Shown piece by piece: positions 1 through 13,917 of a stretch of DNA of 64,000 bases. The position numbers were made by a program, and so were the translations under genes. The notes below the pieces were generated by a model. That model worked only from the letters and a program-made list of their open reading frames with translations, made no database searches and was not told the origin of the DNA. The DNA is from Lingula anatina (lineage: Eukaryota > Animalia > Brachiopoda): assembly GCA_051362555.1 (NCBI GenBank), contig CM120641.1, positions 26,232,401 through 26,296,400 of the forward strand, given 5' to 3'. The stretch's first letter is position 1. The number at the start of each line of letters is the position of its first letter.

Positions 1-1531
1 TGTCGTAAAATCGCTGTTTGATGTTAAAACCGGGTGCATAAATTTGAAAACCACCTAGAACAACCTTAGACTGCCACATTAATCTAATACAATGCAAAAA
101 AGCCCTATCGAAAGTGGTCAAAGCATTCAAACCGAATGTCGTAAGTCCCCATATACAAATAGAGTAAGCTTGTGAAACAAGATTCTAGGCCTTGGCCCCC
201 TCCCCTGGCGAATCCTAGATCTACAAACCAAGATTCTGGATTTATGTTTCCGTTTCTTTTGTGGTGGCTCATTGGTCTGTGAGCAAACTGCCATGGTTGG
301 ACACCTTACTCGTTGAACCGGTCCTTGAGTAAGTATAATATTGCAGTATCGGTGGCGAATTTGCGCACATTCTGGTTTAGTTTCAGCACGTGTGGAAATG
401 TCTTGCTTACAGTGGTAGGACTGTAAACCCGGGAAAGAGGGACCGAAAAGAAAGTCTACAGACAAGTACACAAGTTGAACAAGTTTTTGTTGGCCCTGTT
501 TCAGTAAGAAGTTATACATGTTTCTAATGCATTCACATAATTTTGAAAGCATTCTATCAATAAGCAGAGAGTGCATGTACTAGTATGTAGTGGGGAATGT
601 GTTGCTTGACAGCTATTCTTAGCTCATTTGAAAATAAAGGAAAGTAGATATATTAAGGTCACATACTTGTTCTTTGATTTGTGTTTTTTATTCAAAGTCC
701 TACTTTGAAAATTGAATTGTACAAAGATACTAAAACAAAATGCTATTTTAGGAGAATCCAGACGATTCAGAAAAAGGTCACTTTTTATTAGGCAGATCAT
801 TTTAAATTGCTTGTTACTCAACAATTTTTATTTTATTTTAGTTGGAGGTCGGAATTTTTTTTCCAAAAATAATGACTTCATTTTCACTTTTAATATAATC
901 CAGCTTTTTAAACTAACAGGTCATTTATATACACATATCACCAGCTACAATTTGTCAGTTTCATGCCAGTTTATGAATAAATCAAGTTAAATAACTTGTA
1001 TGGAAAGATGAAATCTTCAGGAGTAGACAGGCACCTAAAAATAAAGTTTTCATCTGGGACTTAAACCATTTGGGTTTAACAATTTATAACCTATTGCGAG
1101 CATCTTTTTTTACTCTTATGTCTGTACATTTCACAGCTTTGCTACCTTGTTTTTAAGGCATCGCCTTTATTTGGCACCAATTTCTAACATACTTTTTACC
1201 AGCTCTTCAAAGAAAAAACAGTTTCCTTGTTATCACAGCCTGAGGAGGCTTTTTCCAAGAGCCAAAGTTAGATGACGGGTGTAATTGAAGACTTTTGGTG
1301 CGACTCAGCCGTGGAGTCTCAATGCCTCACAAATCCTTTACCATTTTTTGCTGAGATTTGAATTAAAAGTACATAAGGACTCACCATGTTTACATTAGAG
1401 AAAAAACTTAGCTACAACTGAACGATTGGGCATGCAGAAAGTTAATTGGGATGAGGTTGGCTCGTGGCAAAAACTAGCCTAAGTATTTGCATGCAGTCAC
1501 AAATAGCGATGCTTTCCAGCAAGAAAGCGCA

Positions 1532-1725
1532 GGCTGTGGTTTCACAGAAAAACATAAGTCAGGTTCCCTGGCTAAGAACTCAATTACCAAGGGTACATGT
1601 TCACATGGGCACATGGGTATCAGGAGCAGTGTAACAGCACTCTCATGGAAATCTTAGTCAACTACATTGTAGGCCAGGGAACTGACAATTTTTTTTTTTT
1701 TTTTTTTTTTGTGAAACTGGGGCCA
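1532..1725. mobile_element. MITE (about 200 bp), flanked by CAG...CAG
   Basis: Ends GTTTCACAGAAAAA ... TTTTGTGAAACTGGGGC with a degenerate left TIR. Reverse-complement homolog at 54853-55063. Confidence 0.75.
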
Positions 1726-1987
1726 GATCACAGCATGAAGAGTATTGGTGCATCCAGATGTTTATTGGGATTATGATCTTTGAAACTTTATTGTTAGATG
1801 GCTAATTTTCTAATGCATTGCATAAAGCCACAGTCCCATATACTATCTAGAAAAATATAGAAATCTTTATATGAAAAATTAAAAAGATGTTTTCTATTTA
1901 TTTCATTTTTGCTCAATCTTTTATACACTCAAACAAACACATAGATACATGCATTTACAATGATATCATGAAATATATATACACTGT

Positions 1988-2020
<33 letters not shown>

Positions 2021-2439
2021 TGTCTAGTCTTTTTGTTCTTTTGGTTTAGGCTGGAAATCGTGTTTTTGCCACACATTGCTTTGTATGCTAAGTGACAGTG
2101 AGAGAACAAGGCATGGAACAAATAACACCGTTTAACTAACCATATATCTCAGTGCTGTATATTTCACAGCACATTGGGATGAAGTGCACTATAGTTTATT
2201 AATAACTGATAGTGCACACAGGTCAATCTGTCCTAAGGCCCAAACTGCTGTTATTTCACAAGACCACCGAATAATGAAGCAGATCGAGTGGAGTCCTAGT
2301 TGGAAAATGCCTTCTCTTTTACTGCACACCCATACAAGGAATATAGAACAATTTTATACAGATGTTCTACAACTATTCTGGTGGCACTGGGGGAAATTTA
2401 AATATTTTAAATAACCCTCCTTGGCTGAAAGTTTGTGGG

Positions 2440-5400
2440 TTAATCCTCCTCCTCCTTCTCCTCTCTGATCACTGGGACTCCTAAAAAGGAATAAAACTCA
2501 TTTTAAGAAGAAAAAATTGGCAGCACCCCCCCCCCCACCTCCCCCTCAATTTATCTGCCAAATATAGGCCTCTATAACTTATCAAAACCCCTTATTAAAT
2601 TTTCACTATTTTCATATTAAATTTAACTTACCGTCCAGTTTCTTGAGTTTTAATAACTTGGCCGATACTTGGTCTCTATAATTACCAGCTGCTGTAGCTG
2701 TTTCTTCAAGGGGGTTGCCTGTGTCAAGAATAAGTTTAACATCCAGTTACTTGACAAATATTGACAGATATCTGATTTATGTTGAAAAATGATAATTAAG
2801 AGCCACACAATGCTCAGGTAACTGTTTTATGTTAAAAAATTAACTGTATCACTCTGGAAAAGTTATGGAAAATTATTTTACTAGACATAAAACAATACAA
2901 ACCCTTAAGCTCCATTTTGTTTAATATTTTCATTAAACATTTGCCATGTTAAACTTACCAACAAAAACCAAATCAACCAGAAGTGGAAGATCATTCTGTA
3001 ATAAAAATGAATATTGATTGTCAAATAAATAAAAGAAAATATACCTTAATTACTTTACACTTTACAATTATTATTACTAATGAAGATCTGAACATAGATA
3101 TATGCTTAACACACCGCTTTTTAAGTTCTACTATAATGAAGACAAATTTTTGCCTAAATGAAGATAGTGATTTGGTATTTTTACAAAATGAACGAAAAAT
3201 TACCAGCTTTTGAAATTCATCCCATGCTTTAACTGAATTATTAGACATGTACAAAATCTGAAAAAAAAAATACAGTGAATCATCAAAAAATTATTGTCAA
3301 AACAACCTGAATAGAAATGCATTGTCAATATCTATTATACTTCAACATGTAATTATTAAAAAAAGTATGTCAATTCTGTCCCACACTTAATTTATATATA
3401 AACATATTTAATATGATTATGATTTTTAAAAAAAATTCTTCTGTATTCCAAATGTCTTTTGATCCTACCTTCAGTTTTTTCAAGACATTGATTCCCTTCA
3501 ATTTTTCTATGAAGTTGTATGAGATCCATAGCTCCTCAAGTGTGTCCCCAACTGCCTCCTAATTGTTCAAGAAATTGTGGTTAAGATTTCAGTCCTACCT
3601 AACTGCTTCTTTATTATGAATATTGTAAATATGCTAAAAAAAGCACATCTTAAATTAATATATGCTTTAATAGCATTAAGCAAAAAGAAGTCTTTTTTTC
3701 CTCATCCATTTTGATAGTGCAGAAATATTGTCATGTTATGACCTAATGCTGTTGTATCAAAAATACATTGAGGCAAATTTTACAAATCCGAGTAATAATG
3801 TAACGTAACAGTTTTGGGGTAAAAAAGGTAATGCCACATTAACATTTGGCCGACACATAGGGTGTTGAATAAACCAAAAGAAAGGGGCATGGCTCTGAAA
3901 GTGTTTATTTTAATAGCCCTAATATATAAATTGGTGATCATTCAAATTAATATTTCACATAAAAGAAATGGGAGAGGGGGAGGAGTTATTTTGCCAAATA
4001 TTGGCCTTATAACATATCTAACTAATAATTTTGCCAAATATTGGCCTTATAACATATCTAACTAATAAATAAAATGATACTTTACCAGACCAGTCAAACT
4101 CTTGATGTTGTTGCGACCCAATGATAAAATTTTCAAATTTTCTGCAAAAAAAAGGGAAATGTTCTGATATATAATTGTTAATTAAGCATCCAATTTTCAA
4201 ATCTGCCTATAGATTTCAATCTTGTCTGTGACATACATTTTTTTATGTTAAAAATGGCTCTGCATCTGAACTTTATTTCAATTTCCCAACATAAATCAGT
4301 AGCCACTCCATCTTACTTACTCAACCCATTTAGATTTGCTATCTTCTCAATGTTATTTGTTGATAATGACAATTTTCTGAAAAAGAAAAAATTATCCTTT
4401 ACAACTTATTCTAATTTTTTCATTATTACATGGGTAAGAATTTACAACATAGTTAATTCAAATTAAATGGTGAAAAGTAAGATTTCAAAAGTTTCTGATT
4501 TGGATATTATTCTTAACATTAGGGTCACAAATAATGAACTTATGCACCTGCCAGTGGTAAGATAAGTAAGTAATTTCAAATGCTTTTATCTTAAGGGAAG
4601 AGCAGCAGACTTTTGAAGTCCTTCAAACATTTGTCATCTACCATCTACCAGCAAGTAACAAGATGTACCCAGATTATATGAGGCATCCCAGTTGAAAAAA
4701 AAACTGTTGTAGCATGATCTTTATAAAATTAATTAAGTAAAAATTCCATGTGCTCCAGCAGTAAGTACAGACTGCAATCAAGGTCGTTTGTCAAGAACAG
4801 TCTACGTGTACGCTACAAAAGCAAATGTAAATTCACGTGCATCTATTAAATCAACTTGTAAATGTGTTTGTTATGTTATATCCTGCAAAATTTCCTCAAC
4901 AAACCAACTATACTTACTCGCAACAGGCCAATGTGGAAAGAGATGCATCCATTTTCTCTATTGGTGGGATCTGTGCATAAAGATCGACATTAACAGCCTC
5001 TGCGGCTTTCTCCCCCTTTTTCTCTTCCTGAAAAAAAAAATTCTTTTTATGAAGACTTCTTTTCAGTTCAATATCTGATGACCTAAAATGGAACCCTCAA
5101 CTAAACCCAATGTATGGAATCCACAGAATTAGGTCTAAACCCCTTGGTTACTTCACCATGCCTGAAGAACCCTGTAATGCCAGATGTATATATAGGCTCT
5201 AAACTTGTTAAACATGAATGAGCATTTACGAAAATTCCAGCTTTGCAATGCAGACATGATGTAAACAGACTTGTTTTGATTGATGCTGGGGTCAACACTG
5301 AATTTTTTGTCCACATAAAGATATTTTGTGTTCAAGCACTGCTTACTCTGATGCTAAGACATTGTGTCAATGCCAGTGCTTGGCCAAACTGAAATTAAGT

Positions 5401-6015
5401 ACCATGAGAAAACGGCCTATCTGCATATTGACTCAGCACTACAAGTAGGGTTTTCAAGCATGCAGGATCTACCGAGGGTTAAGACTTGATTCTGTGAATT
5501 CCATACATTAGATTTACACACTAAGTTGGGAGGGGGGGCAGTGAAGTTTTGTGGTAGGGCCCAGACTTAATTTGCCAGCCAACAACTTAAAGGAATGTCT
5601 TCAGATGCATATGTACCATCTGAGATATTTGATCAGATTTCAACAGATATATTTCATATTTTAGTTGTGTTTTTTCATAATAAGAAATAGTGCACTAGGC
5701 TATAACTGCAGTAGCGAAGGCTTAGAAAATCCAGTTCCACGTTATTCAATGGAATGAACTTACAAACACAGGGCTGTCTCGTCACGGCGAACAGACTGCA
5801 GATTCTATGTCTACTCAAACGTTAACGTTGTTATATATATTTGAAATAGCTAATTTCAATACTTACAAATTTCTGAAGAGCTTCTTTTATCGTTGTTCCT
5901 TTCGACTGCAAAATAAAATAATAAAAATTACAAAACATTCATGATTGCTGTTAAAACAAATAGGTGAAGACAGTTTCAATATCTGACATATTTATCAAGT
6001 AAAATCACCCACCAT
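2440..6015 (-). CDS. DNAL1: Dynein axonemal light chain 1 (LRR protein), 10 coding exons, 190 aa
   Basis: GT-AG exons 6015-6013, 5905-5867, 5027-4918, 4376-4321, 4141-4086, 3558-3469, 3257-3204, 2995-2959, 2718-2632 and 2480-2440 join in frame. Product: [20 protein letters not shown]...[18 protein letters not shown]...[27 protein letters not shown]...[23 protein letters not shown]...GNPLEE...[18 protein letters not shown], recognisably DNAL1/LC1. Confidence 0.97.
3988..4068. repeat. Perfect 40-bp tandem duplication in a DNAL1 intron
   Basis: attttgccaaatattggccttataacatatctaactaata occurs twice in a row. Confidence 0.95.
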
Positions 6016-6024
6016 CTTGGACTG

Positions 6025-6038
6025 GTTGCTATGAATGC
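6025..6038 (-). promoter_or_regulatory. Candidate RFX X-box next to the DNAL1 start
   Basis: Minus strand reads GCATTCATAGCAAC, one mismatch from GTHNYYATRRNAAC, about 10 nt upstream of the ATG of a ciliary gene. Confidence 0.55.
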
Positions 6039-6664
6039 TAGTAATCAAGTGATTCGGCTTTTGGCATTCGGAAATCTTCGGACATTTCCGTAAGTCGCAA
6101 TATTAATGACGAATTAGTTTTAAATCGTCATTATTTTCGGTGTCATAGATTATACATATATAGATACATTATTTAGGAATTCAATGCATGGTAGCATATA
6201 ATGGTCATATCATCAAGAGGTGACATTTTCCCAAACCAGGCGCGTATGTTTCTTCTCCCTTGGATACGGAATCAGCCGACATGACCCGATTTGGATTCCA
6301 GCCAAAGGCACAAGCTTCTCGGCACTGTAATGATTGTAGGAGCTACAAATGATACAAACTCCACATTATTTGGCCCTGCTCGTCATTCTACCTCAAATTG
6401 CGAATTGATACAGCTAACGTCCAGATTATGTCATCAACAAGTGCTTTTTGAAAAAGGACGTAGCATTTAAATGACGTTAATCTTTAAATGCAAGGTTCTC
6501 ATATCATTAATTGAAACAAAACATTTTAAAAAATCCTTTTTTATTATTATACTCTAACTTAATTTTTTTTTAAACATGATTAATCTTTAATTGGTGTGAT
6601 GTTCAGGTTATACGGCACTTCCGGCCTTCCTTGTTTAGTAAGTTTGAAGCAAGAAGATTTGCAT

Positions 6665-7426
6665 ATAAAAGAAAAATGAGGTTATTTTTCTATTTTGGAT
6701 CATTTGAAATTTTTAAAATAAATTTTAGAAATAAATTTGTTCATTTGCCTTTCATTTGATTTGTTATTTTTCATATCAGGGTGAAATATTACTGCCTGGG
6801 GCCAGTTTTACATGCCCTGCTGCATTTTAGTGCTTATTTTGGCCGACTAGCGGCAGCACCTTACGGGTCACTGGAAGGCTATGCCATTATGGACCCTGAT
6901 TTTTTAATATTGTTTAGGCCTTGAGTAGAAGTATTTAAACCTGAAGTGTTGTGTTTGTTGAAGCATGGAAAGTATTTTTAATAGAATTAAACGTTACAAT
7001 AGAAGTGAATGGGATTTTTAATAGTGGTTTGTAACCTTCAAACGATAAAAGAAAAATGAGGTTATTTTTCAATTTTGGATCATTTGAAATTTTTAAAATA
7101 AATTTTAGAAATAAATTTGTTCATTTGCCTTTCATTTGATTTGTTATTTTTCATATCAGGGTGAAATATTACTGCCTGGGGCCAGTTTTACATGCCCTAC
7201 TGCATTTTAGTGCTTATTTTGGCCGACTAGCGGCAGCACCTTACGGGTCACTGGAAGGCTATGCCATTATGGACCCTGATTTTTTAATATTGTTTAGGCC
7301 TGGAGTAGAAGTATTTAAACCTGAAGTATTGTGATTGTTGAAGCATGGAAAGTATTTTTAATAGAATTAAACGTTACAATAGAAGTGAATGGGATTTTTA
7401 ATAGTGGTTTGTAACCTTCAAACGAT
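6665..7426. repeat. Near-identical 380-bp tandem duplication in the DNAL1/MRPS10 divergent promoter region
   Basis: 6665-7044 and 7045-7426 differ by only a few substitutions. Confidence 0.95.
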
Positions 7427-7467
7427 TTATTTGTGCCCTGAGTGCCCTCTAGCGGAAAACTAATAAA

Positions 7468-10400
7468 ATGGCGGCTACCATATTACCACGAGCTTGCACA
7501 AGGATTTCACGAATTTTCGGTACTGCATGGTTTGAGAAGGTATGTTTCGTCAAGTTATCTTATAGTTTCATGTGCCAGGATCAGAAAATGTGCACTTGCT
7601 TGTTTATGTTAATAATGATTTCAAAAGTAGATATCATTAAATTATAATTGAATCTGTTATTTACCCCTCTCTAATTAAATCGGTCGTCTCTAATCTTAAT
7701 TCATTTGAGCCATGTTTTGACATCTTAGACATCGTTGCCGTTCTCATCAAGAAGGACAGAAAAAGTAACTCTGGGATTTTCAAATTGAGAAGTTTGTGTG
7801 GGTTCTGCCCACAACTTTTTGGTAGCAATGCAGTGTGGAGTGGGGGAGGGGTAGCACTAGCACGAAAATTCATGCGTTAGCACTCCTATTGACGATTCTG
7901 ATATGTACTGTCTGTGCTAACGCAGGAAAGCAAAGGCCTCAAAAAGTTGGAAATGAAAACCGGTTGCCGAACCAGCTGCAGTGCGGCAGCTCTCAAATTT
8001 ATGTTTTAGATCTCATCTCCTCAACACGCACATTACTGTGAAGCCAACCAGTTTTCCCATCAACAGAGGTATCACTTTCCTTAAATTCATCTGTCTATCA
8101 ACCAGTTTGACTGTCATAAAACCATACACCCGTTATAAACAGACAAAAACCAGGTAGGGGGTAATTAACTATCGTTTAGCAACTTTAGCAGGCGTGCCTG
8201 ACATCTAAGTCACTTAAGCTGGAAGCAATTTATCGAGAAACCCCGTGGAGATGGACCGATCCTGTTAGATCGATCTAGGGATGGGAACCTGTCTATATCT
8301 TGTAATAGGGCTGAGGTAAGATCCATTGGCATTCTAGTGACACACTCTGGGTGTTTATCAATGAAGTTTCCCTTGATTAAACTTGCTACTTGATGTTAGA
8401 TCTTTTTATTTTCATAACATCATTTGATATTTATATTCAATTTATTATTTTTATTTAAAATTGCAGAGCATCTTGCAGATGTGTGCTGTAAGGATCAACC
8501 AAGTTGAACACACTCTGAAGATAAAAAGGTAGGTTATGTGATTTAAATGTTTGAATAAACAATAATAACACACTGCTGCTGAAACAAATAAAAGCATATT
8601 AACATTTTCAATTTTTGACTTATTTCAGTCTTCTTCAGTCTCAAAATTCTGACCAAAAGCAGTGTCAAATGTCACTTCTCAACTGTTTTTCCCACAAAAT
8701 TCTGTCGGTATGTGTGAGTTGCTTGCCCAGCTGCCATCAGATTTATCATCAATGGAAATTACATCAATAATCCTGTTCTAATGCATCCGCAATTATAAAT
8801 AAATGCTGGTGGTAGCAGTCTGACACATCCTCAATTTTGGCAAAAGTTTCCTGTCATGCTTATATAACAATAGTTTCTATGTACATTGTTTTATATCAGA
8901 ATTACCATTTAAATTCTGAAGTGTTAAAGTCTGAAGTGCACATTGCAAAATGCATTGTTTTTAGGTTTTCAGGTTTTCTGATTGGAAAGAATATTGAATT
9001 GTGGAAATAATCATGTATGATTCCAAAGAAATTAACAAAACTCAACATGTGATTTATTAATGCTAAAAAAAATTCTCCATCTAAACAGTTATCTTTCCTT
9101 TAGGCAGAGATTCCCGATGGTGCACCAAAGCATTTGTAGCTGTAGACATTATAGTACAGATACAACAGAGTCCAGAGATCCACCTGGAGCAGAGCCTACA
9201 TCAGAAAATAATGGCTCACAAGAGAACTCTGAGAGACATGATGGTATTTCTGATACAACCGAACCTGAACTCTCAGAAACACAACAAACAAACTTTCAAG
9301 AAGCAGCAGCACATGATCAGATGGAGAATTTAGAAACCCGAGAGTTAAAAACTGAAGCAGTTTCAGATGAAGTTAGCCAGTCTTTAGGAGAGACTGTCTG
9401 TGAAGAAATGAAACAAGAGATGGACTTTACTGCGGATACAGAAACTTTATCTATAGGTGAAGAAGACCGAGAAGAATCTTTAAAGGTAGGCAGTTTTGGC
9501 CCATGCTGTAAGCCTGACTAATATAAATTGTTATGTGTATCCTGATATTGTACTTGTCATCTTAAAGTGCCACACAGTTTCTGCATGTCAAAGTTCTCTG
9601 AAATCACAAAGTTTAATTTTTGATTGTCGAAAAATCATACATCAGTTTATGCTTCTTTGAACATATTGTTAGAAATGAACACTTTTTTTTTTCAAAGCAC
9701 AATGAACCGGATGTGTTGTACAGAAAAGTTGCTGTGGAAATCAAAGGCCATGATAAAAGGGTACTTAAAACTTATGCTGCTGTCATGAAGACTGTTGCAG
9801 AAAGACTGGATATTCAAATTCGAATGTAAGACATTAAATTATCCATTTAAAGCTTTATCCTCTTTGCTCCTGATAAATTTGAACCTACGTTACGAAGAGA
9901 AACAAATTTAAGATGCATGTGCAACTGGTGTTTGAAACATCTATCTATACAAAATTCTGAAATTGTTTCTGTAGTATTTAATGCTGTTTATTTTTCCTTT
10001 GTTTCCCCTCAAGATGCGATGTGTTTAATTATTTTATGTTCTCTTTACAGGTGGAATCCCCCAAGAGTGATTGAGAGGATGACTCTGCTGAAATCTGCAT
10101 TTGTACATAAAAAACACCGAAGACAGTATGAAATGAGGACACATTTCCATGTTGTAGAGGTAAGATGAAAGAGGAGCATTGAGCAGAGATTTATGAGGGT
10201 CATGCAGAAATTTGAAGTAGAAAAGCTGCACAACTCTTAGATTTACAAAGGCCTCACTTGCATGTGGATTAAAATAAAAGTCTATATGGGTTTTTCTAGT
10301 CCTATAAGAAATGGTAGGGCTCACTCCCAATGACACTGCCAGTCTATGTACATTGATCCAGCTTCATGGGGACTTGATGAATGCAATCAGTTTAACAGAT

Positions 10401-12842
10401 TACTGTAACACGCCTTTTCTGTTTCCAATGTACTTGTATAATCACTACTTTTCCTGTATTCTTCTCAACACCTATCTGTGACATTAACCACTGGACAGCT
10501 CCCAGTGCCTGTAACAATAGGACCGATATACGGTCAGTAACTAGCCCAACCAGTAACATGCTATAACATGTACTCCAATTCGCTTTATAAATGTTCAGAC
10601 TCAATGTTGAAGTCATTTTCTGTATAACATTTTGAAAATACCATACTTCGGTTCATATTTGTAATAGATACATAGCCTGTTTAATCTCAATGTTTTAATT
10701 TTTTTTCTCTCTCTCTTTTATTTTTTATTTTATTTATTTATTTACTTGACCAGTGAATTTTGGTTCTGGCCAGTAAATTCTCAGACTCCGGTGGCCTGGA
10801 TGGCCAGTTAGTTGAAAAGTATTTGGAACACCAGGAGGCAGCTTGTCATTCAGTTAATCTGATAGCATTCAGCAAGAGTCCCCTGGGAGTTGAACCGATT
10901 TATGTAGACTGATAGTGTCATTGGGAATGAATCCATGTCGTAACCACAACAAAATTGCTCATCTATGAACTGAGGACAAGGTCTATAACACTATGAACAA
11001 TCCTCATATCCATCACATAAAGAAAAACATGATCAGTATTTCTCAAAGCCAAGAGCACTTATTTTTCTTTTTAGTGAATATTTCTAAATACTACAGTTTG
11101 GGTGGTTCATCTAGATAATAAGGACAGAAACAGTAAGAATGTATTGAAAGTCTTAAACCGAATGGTTATCTATGTATATATATCCAGACACAACCAAGTG
11201 TGTCTGCGTATTCTAATCACATGTTGTCGCTGTCTGATACATTTGTTCACCCGATAACTGCTGAACTGTATTTTTATTTTACTTTAAATTTACCAAGTAA
11301 TTTCGATTATTAAATCAGCATATGGAAATTTATTCTCCTTCCAGCTCCAGCGTGTAACTGGAAGCACTACTGATACGTATTTAGAGTACATCCAGAGGAA
11401 TATACCAGAAGGAATTGCCATGAGGGTCACCAAGGTAAAAAAAAAAAAAAACATTCCGTAAAAAAATTGTCTCTGGGCTGATTCCCATTAGAACTATTGT
11501 TTTACGTAGATCGATCCAACTCCATGGGAACTCTCGTTTGATGCAGTCAGATGTGCACACCTACTTAGCACATGAACGAAACAGGGTGCCTCGATATGAA
11601 ACCAGACAACTTTTGTGTTTTTTATCTCCAAATACTAAAAAAAATCAATAAAGCTTGTAAATAGGCCGTCTACAAGAATCTATTATATCGTATCTTTTAT
11701 ATTGATTATTATTAAATATCACAATGATAAACGAGTCGCCTTTTGATGTACGCCCAGCTATGACCTCTATTAAAAAATATCCATTTTTACAAGATTACAA
11801 ATTGTATCGTATTGTTTGGTTTCATTGCCTCGCTTTCAAAAATTAGAACAGGCGCTCCAAAATCGTAAGACGAAGTAAAAAATTTTATATTGACCGAGTT
11901 TGCCCCCCAATAAGAATATCCTTACAGCATTATCTGCAATTAACCTTCTTACGATTTTTAATGTATTTTGCAATATAATTTTCAATCTGCCCGATGAAGA
12001 ATTTTATTAATCAAGAGTGGGGGAGGGGTGGAAAATACCCTTGGGGCCACATATAACACTGTAAATGCGAAGGGAATCCCCCTTACAATGACGGCAAAAT
12101 GAATGTTAATCAGGAAAGTCCGATGGATTTGCTTTTTAAAACATACAATCAACAAAATATTTCTAATATGATTTCTCAAAACAACACCAGAAAGCAAATT
12201 AAATCAAATAACCAGACGGTAAACACTGGCAGGCTTTATCAATTTCACCTTTTGTTTATAATTTCAAACAGAGTACTTTTCGCGCATGCGCAGTAGTTTG
12301 ATACCTGTGCTCACCTACTTATGTCCAACATACTTGTATAATGACCAGCTTCTCTGTATTGTACTTAACTTCAAAGGGAGGCCTGTTAATCTGATTGCAT
12401 TCAGCAAGTCTCCGCTGAGTTGAATCGATCTGTGTAGAATGATTGCTTCATTGGAGATGAGGCCTATGGCTCTTTAATTTTTTATGCACCTTGCAAGTGA
12501 TAACAAGTTTAACTTGGAACACTCAGTCCGACTCTCTTAAATGTCAAGAAGTTTACAAAACCAGTGGAAATAATGAAGTATATTCTTCTCCAATGATGTG
12601 TATGATTTTACTTTATATCTAAAATATACTGTTAGCCAGGAAATGGCCGCCTAAAGTAGTTCTTAAAGAACGTCTCAGTTTCATTGAATCAAGTAGTGTT
12701 TAGATGATATTAATAACATCCCCCCCCCCCTCCAAAAAATAATGAAAATTAAGAAAAGTCTCATAAAACATGTATTCTTTTTCTCTTATAGCATCAGGTG
12801 GCAAAGCTACCAGAAGAAATTTCACAGACCATGGAAAGTTGA
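7468..12842 (+). CDS. MRPS10: Mitochondrial ribosomal protein S10 (uS10m), about 322 aa, 8 exons
   Basis: Exons 7468-7539, 8467-8528, 8629-8707, 9108-9485, 9698-9825, 10051-10159, 11345-11434 and 12792-12842 join in frame. Arg-rich transit-like start [15 protein letters not shown]; S10 motifs [40 protein letters not shown] and [23 protein letters not shown]. The 5' exons are less certain. Confidence 0.93.
10314..10935. mobile_element. MITE-like element with about 80-bp imperfect terminal inverted repeats
   Basis: tcccaatgacactgccagtcta...tgaatgcaatcag (about 10325-10390) is an inverted match to ctgatagcattca...tagactgatagtgtcattggga (about 10860-10926). Related arms occur near 11475-11550 and 12385-12465. 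Confidence 0.65.
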
Positions 12843-13917
12843 TTCTTAAGGACATGTTCCGAAGCCTATTACCCAAGTTCTTACTAAAAAATGGACGTAG
12901 GTCTATGAGAAAGATCTTCTAAAAATAAAGGATAAATTTCTTTTTTTTTTTTGCATTTGGTACAGTGAAAATGTATTATACAATAGCACAGTTACATGCA
13001 TAATGACCCTCGTTTTATCAAGGTTTCAATCCTGATGATCTAATTTCTTTTCAGTTGATTCAATTTATCTTTCTACCATTTTTTGGAGGACACAAGTGAA
13101 GTATAGACATTTTCAATAAAGAAATTTATTAAAGAAATTGATACAAAATGAAATCAGTCTTCCTTGGATCTTCTTGGTCACAAGATTTTTCCTCATCAAA
13201 ATTGTTTATGGTGCATGTTACCCAGCAAAAGAAAAATCCTTCACTTTCAGGAAATGATCAGTTCAGTTGTACTACTATGCCATCAATGTGGATTGAGACT
13301 TGAAGCAAAAAGAAGCAGGACCTCTGAACTCCTTACCTCCCTCATGTCACAATTTATATTCACAGATGCAGTGATTTGTCCTTTATATACATAAAATAAA
13401 AACAAAGTTTGCAACTGTTAGGGAAAAATATAAAGTAAAAGGACTAAGTAGCAGTTCATAATACTTTTTTTTTTACACCATCCTTGATGTTACTTAATTT
13501 CTGGCACGGAATCGGTGCTCCCTACTTTGTTGCAATTTTTTTCCTTTCAACATGCTCACTGAAGTTCTTTAGCAAGACATGTCCTAACAGGAACGATTGT
13601 TGAGCTCGCAGGTAATCCAGTGTACATATTTCTCCAGTTTATAACTGAAATGGAAAGGTAAAAGTTGTCCTCAATCAAATTCTTCGTATTATTATCTCTG
13701 AAATAACAGATATAACAGTCATACATCCTCCCAGACAATTCTACATAATAAAATTTATTCAATTGTATTAAAACTCTTTTTAACTTGACAGAGTAAATAA
13801 TGTACTTAATCTAGTTCATGATAATAAATGAGAAATCCCTCTTGCTGGCCATGTATATATATAATGGCCGCACAAACTTACCAAAAACCACACTGTTATT
13901 CCCTGTCGCTGGCTTTA

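Noticed and set aside
127-576. 149-aa minus-strand ORF
   Set aside because: No recognisable domain, it overlaps repeat-like sequence, and its composition looks like a chance ORF.
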